NCBI GenBank assembly: GCA_032718475.1 | Contig: JAUCBJ010007243.1 | Location: 88,079-152,078, forward strand | Length of the DNA stretch: 64,000 nucleotides | Origin: Nemertoderma westbladi | Taxonomy: Eukaryota > Animalia > Xenacoelomorpha | Direction: 5' to 3' | Shown here: positions 1-11,287 of the stretch, piece after piece | Layout: the number at the start of each line of letters is the position of its first letter | Numbering within the stretch: position 1 is the stretch's first letter | Notes under the pieces: generated by a model | The model's input: only the letters and a program-made list of their open reading frames with translations | The model's database searches: none | Told to the model about the DNA's origin: nothing | Program-made: the position numbers and the translations under genes

Positions 1-1154
1 TTGCCCTCTGACCGATGAGTAAATTTTTACGTGGGATAAAAAAATAATTTTGAGTTGAAGACCGAGTTTTATATCTATGAGTAGGCCTATCAAGGGTAAA
101 TGAGAAAAGTGTTTTTAAGCCAGAACAGTCGTAATTATATAAAATACTGCGCATTAAAGAAGCAAGTTGTAGTGTGTTTTTTGGATTGGAAGTGGGGTGA
201 ACTGGCGAAAGGTTACCATAACATGTCACAGTAACCATGACAACCGTTGCTAAGTCCAATAGGATCTCCATAGACCCCCTCTCAACCAGCGATATATGCA
301 TTATATTATGACTATGATATCAAGATATACTGTATATATACCACTGTACCGCTAACTGTTCCCTTTGAGTGAATATTGCCCCGACCAATCATTAAAAGAC
401 ATAGATATCGTAACCATGTTCATAGATACAGTACAGGCCACCAGAAAAAGCAGATTTCATCCAATGTGATCACATGTGAACACATTTGTTCAAGTCATCT
501 GATTGGCAGGTTATGGCGAGTTATCTTCTAGATCACACAGCAGGAGGCTAACTTGCTGGGACCGACAAAAGCTTTGTGTGCGGTGCGCCTGTATGTCTGA
601 TATCAGGTAGATGAGAGAGCCGCCAGGGCGTAACATTGCGGACATGGGCTGTATTGGTAGAGAGAGAACTACATACAAGACCACATGGAGGTTCATTGAG
701 TGTTTGGGAGTGGATGGGTATATGGATGGAGGAGCCTAGACCATTGAATAATTGATTTAGTGCAGGGAGATGTCGCGCCTAGTCTGACACCGAGAGGGCA
801 CAGAGAAACACCAGAAGATGCCTTAACATCACTAACTAACTATAGGCCTGCCTACTAGACACTATTAACCGCACACTATAAAGGTAAACAAAATCCTTAT
901 CGCATTTCCAGCTGCAGTGAGTGACAGTTAGCGGCAAACTACAGAGAGTTTCCAGATTACTAAGCGTTTCAAAAGTATTCAATTGTATCCTTTGGCGAAA
1001 AAATTTTGGTTGTTGCCATTTCAATTATGTTCAATTATGTTCAATTGTCCCGTTCAACAACATTACATTACACTGCGGTACACATTTGATAAAATGTGTT
1101 CACAATTGTACAATTCTGCGTTTTCTGGTGGCCTGTACTGTATAATACAATACT

Positions 1155-1345
1155 TGGTGAGGGTGAAGACCTTAGGATACGTAAGTGAAAGGCATGGGCA
1201 GCATTTTAATAGTCGGTCCAGGATTTGGAAGTCCCATATAATACAACGGAAAGGTTCGATTATTTATGGCAGCAGTAGTACCAGTACTCTTATGGGATTC
1301 AATGCTGGGCTCTAACCGCAGAGGATACCAAATCTCTGGATGGCC
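1155..1345 (+). mobile_element. Degenerate RTE-clade LINE fragment (RT C-terminal region)
   Basis: Reads EDLRIRK*KAWAAF / SRIWKS / VRLFMAAVVPVL with frameshifts. Nucleotide-similar to the reverse complement of 11130-11290 and 12921-12960. Confidence 0.75.
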
Positions 1346-1586
1346 GCTAGGGGGCGAGCAGTAGTCTTGAGGACGGGGTAGCAGCGGTTGTTCCCCCGAG
1401 GTCATTGACCGGTGGATCTTGCAACTGCAGGCGATTCTAGGCCCATTATCTCAAGGTTTGAGTACCGAGGTCGGGCAACAGATCTGTTTGTGCGAAGGTT
1501 GCGTGGTCTCATACCAACGTCGTGCACACGGCCAGTATCTTTGTTATGCTATACCAGTATAGGTTCTGTAGTTTGTAACGGTAAAA

Positions 1587-2338
1587 CGAACATAGATCCT
1601 GCATGGCCTGACTTTGATGAATTTAGATCTTTGCGAACTTAGGTCCTACTGTATACATGCGAACATAGATCCTATTTGAGTGAACTTAGATCCTAACTAT
1701 AGGTGAACTTAGATCCTAACTAGGTGAACTTAGATCCTAACGAGGTGAACTTAGATCCTAACTAGGCGAACTTAGATCCTAACTAGGTGTACTTAGATCA
1801 CAATTTATGCTATTAAAAGCCTTTAGTAATCATCATGGTTGTCGCGAAGCAAACTTAGATCCCACGTGTATTATGCGTTGTCCGCGTTTTGTCGATATTA
1901 TACTGTAGTATATTGTACGGTGTTACAATAAGCAAATAAAAGTACTTATAATGCAAATAAGTCGTACACTAAAAGTAGTTGCAGAGTGACTCACCAACAA
2001 ACTATAATTTTTCAATTAATAGCCAATTCATTGCAATGTATTGGTGGTAGGATCTAAGTTCGTTTCCCTTCAAGCGTGATAATTACAGTCAGGTCTGCTG
2101 GTCTATGGGAATGACATTTCACATTAACACAGCTACGGTAAGGCAATTTATGGAAAGGTGGGATCTAAGTTCGTACGCTGAGGATCTAAGTTCCTATGGG
2201 AAGGATGTAAGTTCGTATAGGAAGGATCTACTGTAAGTTCGTATGGGAAGGATCTTAGTTCGCATGGGAAGGATCTATGTTCACCAAGATCTAAGTTCGT
2301 TCAGGATCTAAGGTGCTCTACTGCTCTAGGATCTAAAG
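1587..2338. mobile_element. Foldback/MITE-like element with inverted blocks of ~20-bp tandem subrepeats
   Basis: GAACTTAGATCCT is repeated about 10 times at 1587-1862, and its reverse complement AGGATCTAAGTTC about 10 times at 2049-2338. Confidence 0.65.
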
Positions 2339-2678
2339 CCGGGGAACCGTTTGTAACATACGGACTGACAGACATGCTGTCTCTGTTAGTCTGCTGGTCT
2401 GTCTGTCTGTGTACTGACAGACTGTTGTACTGCAGTACTGTACTGTAAGTACACCAAGTACAGAACTGCAGAAGTACGTACAAAGTACATGACTGCATGA
2501 AGTAGGTCAGTAAATAGGTCAGAATCACAATCACTACACAGCACTATCAGTAGGTACCGGGCTGCCGGGCACTGCCTGACTGCTGCACCCGGTGCTGGGA
2601 ACCGGTAATATATTTTTTTATGGACATGGCAGTATGACATGCTGACATGACATGGCTTGACTGAATAACTAATAACTG

Positions 2679-2778
2679 ATGGAAACTTCACAAGATTCCG
2701 CAGATGGTGATGTCGATGGCTTTGACAATGATATCGGCCTATCAAATTCAAATACCGGTATTCACATTCTAGAAGAAG
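2679..2778 (+). CDS. NR2C2: Putative first coding exon of NR2C (TR2/TR4-like) nuclear receptor (METSQDSADGDVDGFDNDIGLSNSNTGIHILEE-)
   Basis: ATG at 2679, 33 open codons + 1 nt, then GAAG|GTGGGT donor. The phase-1 end matches the phase-1 start of exon 3662. Acidic, A/B-domain-like sequence with no recognisable homology. Confidence 0.55.
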
Positions 2779-3448
2779 GTGGGTGTTTTATTTTCACTTT
2801 TCGACATGCGTTATACCAGTAGGCCTATACCAGTTGCCAGTCTACCAGTCAGCCAGTACTGCAGTAGGTACCGGACCGGTATATGTCATATGTTATAGCC
2901 TACTGTACGTACGTACACGTACCGGTACAGTACAATTCCCCCATCGGCAGATCGGGCTTGCACGGCCAGCTTTCCTTCTGGCATCTGGCAGATTGGTACC
3001 AATACCAACAAACACTGAAACAGCTACATATACAATACAGGACAGCTATGTTCATATTGCAGGACAATATGGAGTACGGTAATGCAGCGGTGCTTAGTAG
3101 GCCTACAATGGCAGGTTATTACCTAAACAATTAATACAGAAATACGATAGAATAGCCTACTATGTACTAGCAGACTAGCTCAGGTCTGCAGGATCAGATT
3201 CTGGTACCGGTTCCAGCTTCATTTTTTGTCCGTAATGCTGTAATTGTAATCCCCGTTGTCGGCTGTGGTTATCCGCAATCGGTATAGCGTAAAGCTAATT
3301 CCATAATCAATTTGGTGCACACCACTTGTGATTTTTTTTCAAAATTGCTCATTTATAGGCCTAGGGAAAGGAGCAGGTTACAGAGGCGGGCTTTTCTATC
3401 CAAAATAATAAACATCACTTTACCAATTGACTGATTGATGGAAACCAT

Positions 3449-3520
3449 ATGGTCAGACACAGACAGTCAGTAGTCGCATGGTCAGACACAGACAGTCAGT
3501 AGTCGCATGGTCAGACAGTC
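3449..3520. repeat. 29-bp tandem duplication (ATGGTCAGACACAGACAGTCAGTAGTCGC, ~2.4 copies)
   Basis: Direct repeat read from the sequence. Confidence 0.85.
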
Positions 3521-3661
3521 AATATATAGTCACTCTATAGGCCTAACCAAAAAAAATCAGGCGGTCAAGTGGCGGTCCTACGAATTACCCCAAAACACCC
3601 CAAGTACTGCCTTTTTAATAAACACGACATGACTTCTTGAAACCTCATTCATTTTGTTTAG

Positions 3662-3886
3662 ATAAAACGATTACAGAGAGTACCGGTAACTTTAGCTTAC
3701 CTGGAAGCAGCGACAGTCCCACCGAGAATGGCGAAGATGCCACCGATGATAACGCCAGTTTATGCGAGGATGCGCAAGGTGACATTGATACAGCAGGCGC
3801 GGTCGGCCCTAACCTACCTTACAGCATACTAGCTCCAACCCTCAACGCAATGTTCGCTGCTCCCTTCAACACACCCTTTACAGGAA
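3662..3886 (+). CDS. NR2C2: NR2C-like receptor exon 2 (N-terminal A/B region)
   Basis: Acceptor ttttgtttag at 3652-3661, 225-nt open GC-richer stretch (DKTITESTGNF...PFTG), donor GAA|GTTAGT. Phase 1 to phase 1, joining in frame to exon 8394. Confidence 0.7.
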
Positions 3887-4139
3887 GTTAGTATATTACT
3901 ATTACAATGTGAGTGCAAGAATTGTTAAACTGAATTTAATTTTGTGGAAACTGTATCCGAAGGATGCGGGAGATTTGATTCAGATTTAACAGAGATTTCA
4001 CGAGCGTTGTAAAATCTCCGTTGATCATTGCCATTGCACCTATTACATTGTAGTTATTCTTCAACCTTTTATAAATAAGACTGAAGAATAACTACAATGT
4101 AATTGTATTGAATTGATATGAATATGAATTGATATGAAC

Positions 4140-4257
4140 ACGAATAACTTTCAGATTGTGTTACATAATTTGGAATCCCCGTATGGCCAGATTTCCAGCA
4201 GGACCAGCGAATCACTATATAGTGATACGTATGTAACACAATCTGAAAGTTATTCGT
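4140..4257. mobile_element. Small MITE-like element with 28-bp terminal inverted repeats
   Basis: ACGAATAACTTTCAGATTGTGTTACATA ... TATGTAACACAATCTGAAAGTTATTCGT. A separate hairpin lies just upstream at ~4047-4100. Confidence 0.6.
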
Positions 4258-4372
4258 ATTGCATGCATTGTTGCCCAGCAGCTATTGGATGAACAAAATG
4301 TTCCAAAATATGTATTTTTAAATAAAATAAAGGTAACAGTTCCGTATAGCACTACATTTGTATAACTTAAAT

Positions 4373-4990
4373 CATTGTTACCATGGTAACATTGTGGAGT
4401 TCTAGAACAACATATACATATTATACACTATTCTAGAACATAAATAAAATAAAAATATAATGTTCTAGAACATAGCTAGTTATTTTTCAAATTTAAAATA
4501 GATAGTAATTAGAAAAAATTATTCGATAATTGTTGGGGTGTGAAATGCAAAAGCCAAATTATGGCAATTATAAGACAGGTATGAAGAAAAATAAGGAAAA
4601 TATACGACGCCAGAGCTTTGTGTGGGGAGGGCATTAACTATGAAGATTAATTCTCCGAAAAACTGACAACACATGTGGAGGCAACAGATAAGAAAAGGAA
4701 AAATAAACGGATTTCATGAGATATTAAAGGCCAACAAAAGCCAATACCCAAGGGATAATTAAACTAATTAGTTACCGTACATCAGTTTACAAAAATTATA
4801 TTATCAATATTAATTTAAATGTATTCAGAAATTTATTTAAAAATATTTTTAATTTACTAGCTATTTTAAAATTATATAAAACTAGCTATATGATTAGAAC
4901 ATTATATTTTTTATTTTATTTATGTTCTAGAATAGTGTATATTACTTTTCTATTGTTCTAGAACTCTTCAACGTTGCCATAGTAACAATG
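4373..4990. mobile_element. AT-rich MITE-like element with ~130-bp imperfect inverted arms
   Basis: CATTGTTACCATGGTAAC...TTCTAGAACA at the left end is mirrored by TGTTCTAGAA...GTTGCCATAGTAACAATG at the right end. Confidence 0.65.
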
Positions 4991-5214
4991 GATATATATT
5001 TTAATAATGTAGTAATCCAAGTCTAACCAAAATAAAATACCGTCGCGCAAAAGTAAAACCTTTGTACCGGTACGGTAACTTTCGAACGCCCAAATCTCAT
5101 CTAATTTTTCATCTTAATATCATGTTCATGTTGGGCCACTAAGCTATAGTTTTATTATACCCCCTCGACCTCGGTATAATATTAGACAATGTAATGAGAA
5201 TTACATATTGAACT

Positions 5215-5565
5215 GGAACATGAGATAACTGAAAAGGTATTTTGTTTGGTTCCAAAAGAAAGTTAAAGAAGGTAACTAAGTTTGAAGTCACTAGTAATGG
5301 ACATAAGATTGAAAATAAAAAGGAAGTTAAATATTTAGGCGCCACATTGGATAACTGCTTATCAGGAGAAAGCATAGTGAAAAATATTTTCTCGAAAGTT
5401 AACAGTAGGCTTAGGTTTCTATACAGAAACCAAAATAGTTTAAACACCGACTCCCGCAAGTTACTTTGCTCTTCTTTAATACAGTGTCACATGGACTATG
5501 CATGCTCTTCTTGGTATGAAGGCTTAACCAAACAGCTTAAATGTAAATTACAAGTAGCTCAGAAT
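5215..5565 (+). mobile_element. CR1/L2-group non-LTR retrotransposon RT fragment
   Basis: LFGSKRKL...VKYLGATLDNCLS...SKVNSRLRFLYR...SLIQCHMDYACSSWY...KLQVAQN is the typical RT thumb region of CR1/L2/Crack elements. Truncated on both sides. Confidence 0.85.
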
Positions 5566-5873
5566 GAGATCAGTTCTGATCCTCGTGTGGCTTTATTTTC
5601 ACTCACTCACTAACGTTCGTTCGTGTAACAAAGCCACTCGGATCATCACACTGTAAAGTGCTACTTTACACACAAGTAAAGTATGTAAATCGTTATTTCT
5701 TATTGGCATCATACATTTATAGTGTGAAAAGTAAAACTTTCAGCTATTTGAGCCGCGTCTTTATGTACACATTGAGAAAAGCAATTTAAATAGGCTACCA
5801 ATTAATTAAAGTCATTATTATTTATTATATTTATTATATTATTCATTATATTACACCACATTATATAATGTGA

Positions 5874-6293
5874 CCCCAAAAAAAATTATTCATCACCAAA
5901 TAAAATAAAGTCACCCCCAAATAAAATTATTCAAGCACCAAAATAAATTTTTCAACACCAAAAACAATTATTCAACACCAAAACCAATTATTCAACACCA
6001 AAACCAATTATTCAATACCAAAATAAATAAATGCTCCCCAAAACCAATTATTAGCACCAAAATAAATGACAAATCCCCCAAAATAATTACAAATTTTCCA
6101 TGTTTTCCCAAATCAAATACATTTCCGCCCAAAATAAATACATTTTCCCCCAAAACAAATACATTTTCCCCCAAAACAAATACATTTTTCCCCAAAACAA
6201 GTACATTTTTCCCCAAAACAAGTACATTTTTCCCCAAAACAAGTACATTTTCCCCCAAAACAAATACATTTTCCCCCAAAACAAATACATTTT
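5874..6293. repeat. Minisatellite: degenerate ~20-bp CACCAAAACCAATTATTCAA grading into 21-bp CCCCAAAACAAATACATTTTC
   Basis: Visible periodicity. It generates the spurious PQNKYIF and MYLFWGK ORFs. Confidence 0.85.
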
Positions 6294-7268
6294 ATTCTTA
6301 AATTGTTACCTTTTCGCTCGAATATACCCCAAAATCGGGAGACAATTTTTCACTTTTTTCCCTAGGTAAAAAAAGTATTCTTTAGGATTGCATTGATTTT
6401 ACTTTTTTTCCCGGTGAAAAAAGTAAAGTAAACTATTTTTGGTGGAATTTCTTAAATTTTATTACGTATATTGATAATAATAATAATAATAATATATATT
6501 TATTTATATAGCGCCAAATTTACATAATATACGTACTCTAAGGCGCTGACAACACATAGTACACAGTAATTAATAGTTCGTGACTGCAATAGCAATAGTT
6601 ATGAAATAAAAAATCAACTAAAATAATGTAGTAATTAAAAACCAACAATAAAAACATCATAAAATATAGTAAAAACAAACAATAAAAACGATCATCGTAA
6701 ATATTGTAGCATATAGTAAAAAACAAACAATAAAAAAACGATCAACGCAAGCATTCCAGTGCGGGTTAAATTAAAATGTACAGAAAAAGTACATTGAAAG
6801 AGTATCGACGTAGAAAAGGTTTGCAAGTATTTTGAACAAAATCCATCACACACTCAAAAGTTATTGCAACTTTAGTGTCTGCAAGGCGAACTCAAAAACG
6901 GACTCAATATCCTATATTGGGAGTTAAAGAGTACAGTAATTTGAATTGCAGTAACTATGGAAACAATATAGTTAATTACTGTAGTTCAATTTAATTTATT
7001 TTGTAACACTACTGTCATATTATCAACCAACACTGACATATTAATAAATAAACTTGCCTGTTTAAGATACCGAAAAAAAACATCAAATAATACGAAAAAA
7101 TTGAATTCGTATCGTATAATACGATGAATATTTTTCGTATTTCGTATCGTATTTTCGTATCTTACTATTTTGTAAATATTAATGTTTTCAACAGTCAAGC
7201 CAAAGATCACACACCACTTATTTCTTTACAATTTTTTTCTCTCAAAATTGGTGTATAAATTAGGTTTA

Positions 7269-7320
7269 TTACAGTTTTACACTACAGTTTTACACTACAG
7301 TTTTACACTACAGTTTTACA
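7269..7320. repeat. 13-bp tandem repeat (CTACAGTTTTACA x4)
   Basis: Direct repeat read from the sequence. Confidence 0.85.
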
Positions 7321-8393
7321 TTATTGCAGTTTTACTATGTCAATAAAATGTGTAAGAAAGGAGGATCGTTAATCGCATGGTAATTATCTTTAGAATATTA
7401 ATAAAAATACCACTGAAATATAATCTATTTACAGTTTAAATAAACTAGTGAGGAAAACTCTAATAGCGCCTACAAGGCCGTGATGTTATGATAAGGCATT
7501 CTAGTGAGAGAATAAAAGAAATAAACCATAGTTTTATTGTAGTATTAGTTTGACTTCGAGTTTTGAATCAAATTCATGGTAGGGCCCTACATCAAATTCA
7601 AAATTATTCCAGATATAACGGTAGTTGGCCTAGGTACATCAGTACAGTATGCACAAAGTGGCATGGTAATATGGTAAGGCCTACTATTTGGGCCGTGTTG
7701 CATAACGTCCTTATGGATAGTTGGCAAAATACAATACATCTACAATACATACAATACAACACGATAAAATACGTATCTTGAATTTTTTGTGTTGTATCAT
7801 ATTTTCTTAAAATTGCATTCGTATCGTATCGTATCGTGAAAAATTGGTTTGTATCGTATCGTATCCTATCCCGGCTCAACGGTACGGTTGCGATACCGCT
7901 AAAGTTCTATTGTGGTAATAGGTGTGTTGTGTAGAGTAGGTCTACTTGGGACTTTTTTCCGAGACGTTTTTTGGGACGGATTTTCGGATGTTTTTTCAGA
8001 TGGAAATCTTGCCCAAAAATGCGCAGAATGCTACCATTATTTATTAATATAAAGTAAAACTATTCTAGAACAAAATAGTAACAAATGTGCCAAGAAATGT
8101 GCGAAATTAAACCTCCAAACGAAACGGTACTTAAGAGGTTAGAAAATTGTCTTTAATATTATAATATGGAATCCCTGCCAAAAAACAGAGAGCTGTTTAA
8201 GTTGTTCTTTCTAACTAATAGTTCTGGTTTCTCATTTGAATTAATTTTATTTTACCCTGTAAGATTAGGAGATCCTACCCAGTGGGGCATTCAAAAGAAA
8301 TGAATAGATTGGTGCAAAATATAATATGGATTGGATATATGGATGGATTGATCAGATGTAAATTGTAAACATAATATTTTCTATTTTTTTTAG

Positions 8394-8762
8394 GTTCTCC
8401 TCAACTGAATCGCCTACTAACAGTCTCAGTTCCCGGTGACGTCAACGACGTTGCTGTGACGTCACAGAAAAGCGACGTATCCATGGAGATGGATGGTTTC
8501 CAGGTAGAGGGGGCCACAGCCACAGATTGCTTTGTATTCGGACGGGATTACCTCTGTTTGGTGTGCGGGGACAAGGCCTCCGGTAGACACTACGGGGTGC
8601 TCAGTTGCGAGGGTTGCAAGGGATTCTTTAAGCGGAGTATCCGTAAAGGTATTCGTTACGCTTGTCGCGGGCAGCGGGATTGCACCGTCACCAAACACCA
8701 TCGCAACCGGTGTCAGTTCTGTCGGCTAAAGAAATGTTTGGATATCGGGATGCGGATAGATG
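8394..8762 (+). CDS. NR2C2: NR2C-like receptor exon 3: complete C4 zinc-finger DNA-binding domain
   Basis: [31 protein letters not shown]...[31 protein letters not shown]-box [15 protein letters not shown] and KHHRNRCQ are typical of TR2/TR4. Acceptor ttttttttag, donor G|GTAAGA. Confidence 0.95.
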
Positions 8763-8837
8763 GTAAGAGTCAATAAAAGTATCATTTCAGTCATTCCAAA
8801 ATCTAAGCTAACTCTAATCTAAGTTTTAATATCACAA

Positions 8838-8878
8838 TCACAACGCGTTTCGAATTTATTAAATTCGTCATCAGGTGA
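8838..8878 (-). ncRNA. Minimal type I hammerhead ribozyme (antisense copy)
   Basis: Exact reverse complement of 9245-9285. Confidence 0.78.
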
Positions 8879-9244
8879 GAACAGTAAAACACAATCAGCA
8901 GTATTAATTGTAGTACCTACGACAAGATAACGTTTAAAGTGTGCAGTACAGAAAACTCCATAATATTTCAATTTGAATGTCCCTCTCAAATAATCCCAAA
9001 CCTTCAATCATTGTCTACAACATTGGTGACCCGAGTTAGGTACTGGACTCTGGTCTCTTGTAGACTCTGGTACCAGAGTTGTAGAGAGACTCCTAGCTCC
9101 GTTTGCTTGAAATTTTATGCAAATTGGGATTATTTTGGAGGGACATTCAAATTGAAATATTATGGAGTTTTCTGGACTGTACACTTTAAACTTTATCTTG
9201 TCGTAGGTACTACAATTAATACTGCTGATTGTGTTTTACTGTTC

Positions 9245-9285
9245 TCACCTGATGACGAATTTAATAAATTCGAAACGCGTTGTGA
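9245..9285 (+). ncRNA. Minimal type I hammerhead ribozyme
   Basis: TCAC-CTGATGA-C-GAATTT aat AAATTC-GAA-ACGCGT-T-GTGA: stem I TCAC/GTGA, intact core, 6-bp stem II, palindromic stem III ACGCGT, cleavage triplet GUU. Confidence 0.8.
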
Positions 9286-9884
9286 TTGTGATATTATGTT
9301 TATATTTTTATAATGTTGACACTTGCTTCTCTTGCAGTAATCTATATCATTAGAACCGCCTTTGTCAGCAGATACCGAATCTCCAAAGACTACAAATAAT
9401 GCCGACTAAGATGGTTAAATATTGCCAAATATGCATTTTTTAACGGCTTGTTGTAGCTAAATAATATTTGAAACTTGGAAAATCCGGCCAGGCCAGCATT
9501 AACACGTTAGCTGCTGCTCAGAAACCACTGTTTCTTTGTAACTGCGGATTGTGCATTTTGTGGGAATGCCTTTGGGCACCGGCGTTCAGATTCACTCTCA
9601 TTGTATTTATAAAACAACGGAGAACCACCCTGGAAAAACCGCATCTCAATAACTCCGCCCAGTCTAGAGGTTGTAGTTTGAATTTTATCTAAATTCTATT
9701 TTATTTTTTGGTGCATGATTTTAATCTTACATGATTAAAATATTTCCATCACATTTATAAATTTATTATTATTACTTTTGGCCACGTTTCGGTATATCAT
9801 GCCTCTTCAGTAGGCCTGACATTCACCTTTTTATTTATTACACTTATACTGAAGAGGCAGTCTTTAGTTGCATCTAATTTAGTT

Positions 9885-9928
9885 GCGCTACTGAAGAGGC
9901 CTGATAGACCGAAACGTACGTATAACGC
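9885..9928 (+). ncRNA. Minimal type I hammerhead ribozyme, second family
   Basis: GCGCTA-CTGAAGA-GGCCT gat AGACC-GAA-ACGTACGT-A-TAACGC: core intact, one mismatch each in stems I and II, palindromic stem III, triplet GUA. A degenerate minus-strand copy lies at ~9783-9815. Confidence 0.65.
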
Positions 9929-10268
9929 TGGTTCAACCCCCGGTGACGCGTTTTCTCATTTTTTCCATTTCTGAACAACTTATTACAATATCATTCATTA
10001 AAGTTGCATTAACAACTCAACTACAATTTATTTATTGTATTAAAGGATATGATGTAATTGATAACTAACTTACACCCCTCTCTCTCATTTAATTCGGCCT
10101 GGTAATGTACCCAGTTATTTTGTCCGCCTTGTTTTTAATTACCAGAAATTGTGTTCATTTGGGATCCCGGCTACACATATTGACTTACTACAGGCTCCCT
10201 ATAGCAGAGGAAAGTTGCTCATTGTTATGCTCAAATCATAACATTGTTTTTGTTTACATTCGATTCAG

Positions 10269-10564
10269 CTGTTCAATGCGAACGGAATCTCAACTCTCCG
10301 TTTAAGTTGTTTTCTAATGCCTTCGAGATGTGCAACGATGAGGATTCACCTTGCCCATCCCTAACCAATCACAGTGAGTCTCCTCCTAACGGCGAACAAT
10401 TTCCTACCTCTCGGGGTCTGCAGATGTTTACAGACGGCTCCTTCGGTCTATCGCCGTTACCAACCTCGGCGGTACAGAGCAATGCTGCCTGTCCCGGTGA
10501 TACTCAGAATACCGTGGCGCCGGAGGTCTACGATACGTTGTACGACCGGCCAATTTCAGAACAG
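10269..10564 (+). CDS. NR2C2: NR2C-like receptor exon 4 (T-box AVQCER and hinge)
   Basis: Acceptor gattcag. Splicing gives GMRID-AVQCER, the NR2 T-box. Open frame to ISEQ, donor CAG|GTATGT, phase 0. Confidence 0.9.
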
Positions 10565-10745
10565 GTATGTTCATTGTTCAATTCGAGAACAGATATGTTC
10601 AATTCTAGAACAGATATGTTCAATTCTAGAACATATATGTTCAATTCTAGAACATATATGTTCAATTCTAGAACATATATGTTCAATTCTAGAAAAGGTA
10701 TGTTCAATTCTTGAAAAGGTATGTTTAATTCTAAAACGGTCAAAC
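10551..10745 (+). repeat. 21-bp minisatellite (CAATTCTAGAACAGATATGTT, ~9 units) derived from the exon 4/intron 4 junction
   Basis: The junction CAATTTCAGAACAG|GTATGTT (10551-10571) is followed by copies starting at 10579, 10600, 10621, 10642, 10663, 10684, 10705 and a degenerate one at 10726. Confidence 0.92.
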
Positions 10746-11287
10746 TACTTGGATCGGCATGCTGCATTGCAGCTGCATTTTTCAGAATGCTGTGCCGTCT
10801 TGTCGACAAAATTGCGCCGCCACTACTCCCTATCACCCATGACATTTGCTAGTTCATCCGCATCTTCAAGGCCAGTGTACTTTAAGATGCGTCTCGAGAA
10901 AGTCATGGGCTGTCCACCATGCTTATTCACTCCATGAAGCTGCCAAAGCACAAGATTATGCTCTGACTGGTCCTCACGGCGAAAGCAATGTCCTGCAAAG
11001 CGGAGGCGACTTTGTTCTAGTGTCAAGCTGTGGGGAACCATTGATACACTTCCAATGTTATATAGTGTCTGGTTGGAGATGTGTGCATTGTACTTGACAC
11101 AATGAACCCGGCGTAGCATTCTTGTGAATGTGCCATCCAGAGATTTGGTGTCCTCGGCAGTTGGAGCCCAGCATGAACTCCCATAGAGGAGTACTGGAAC
11201 TACTGCTGCTCTAAATAATCGGACCTTAAGTTTCCGATTAATTCTCTGTGACTTCCAAATCCTGGAAAGCCTATTCAGGGCTGCCCT
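10745..11287 (-). mobile_element. RTE-clade LINE, 3' portion
   Basis: Minus strand reads AALNRLSRIWKS...VRLFRAAVVPVLLYGSSCW...LDGTFTRMLRRV...RLRFAGHCFRR...LVLW...VMGDRE*WR, the canonical RTE ORF C-terminus. Confidence 0.88.

Larger units (their letters stand above)
8827..9296. mobile_element. Inverted pair of ~173-bp arms, each carrying a minimal hammerhead; probable Penelope-like element pseudo-LTR remnant
   Basis: 8827-8999 is a near-perfect reverse complement of 9124-9296, with a ~120-bp spacer. Inverted pLTRs with minimal hammerheads are characteristic of Penelope-like elements. Confidence 0.7.

Noticed and set aside
5992-6369. Repetitive ORFs (LGKNVLV / MYLFWGK / PQNKYIF)
   Set aside because: They are translations of a 21-bp minisatellite.
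7060-7890. CGTAT/TATCG-rich patches at ~7066-7165 and ~7760-7870
   Set aside because: They are probably decayed MITE subterminal repeats, but termini and TSD could not be defined.
8819-9313. Two ORFs on opposite strands with near-identical peptides
   Set aside because: This is a consequence of the DNA inverted repeat, with no protein-like features.
9927-9950. tRNA T-arm/B-box-like GGTTCAACCCC
   Set aside because: No cloverleaf or A-box could be built. At most it is a SINE remnant.
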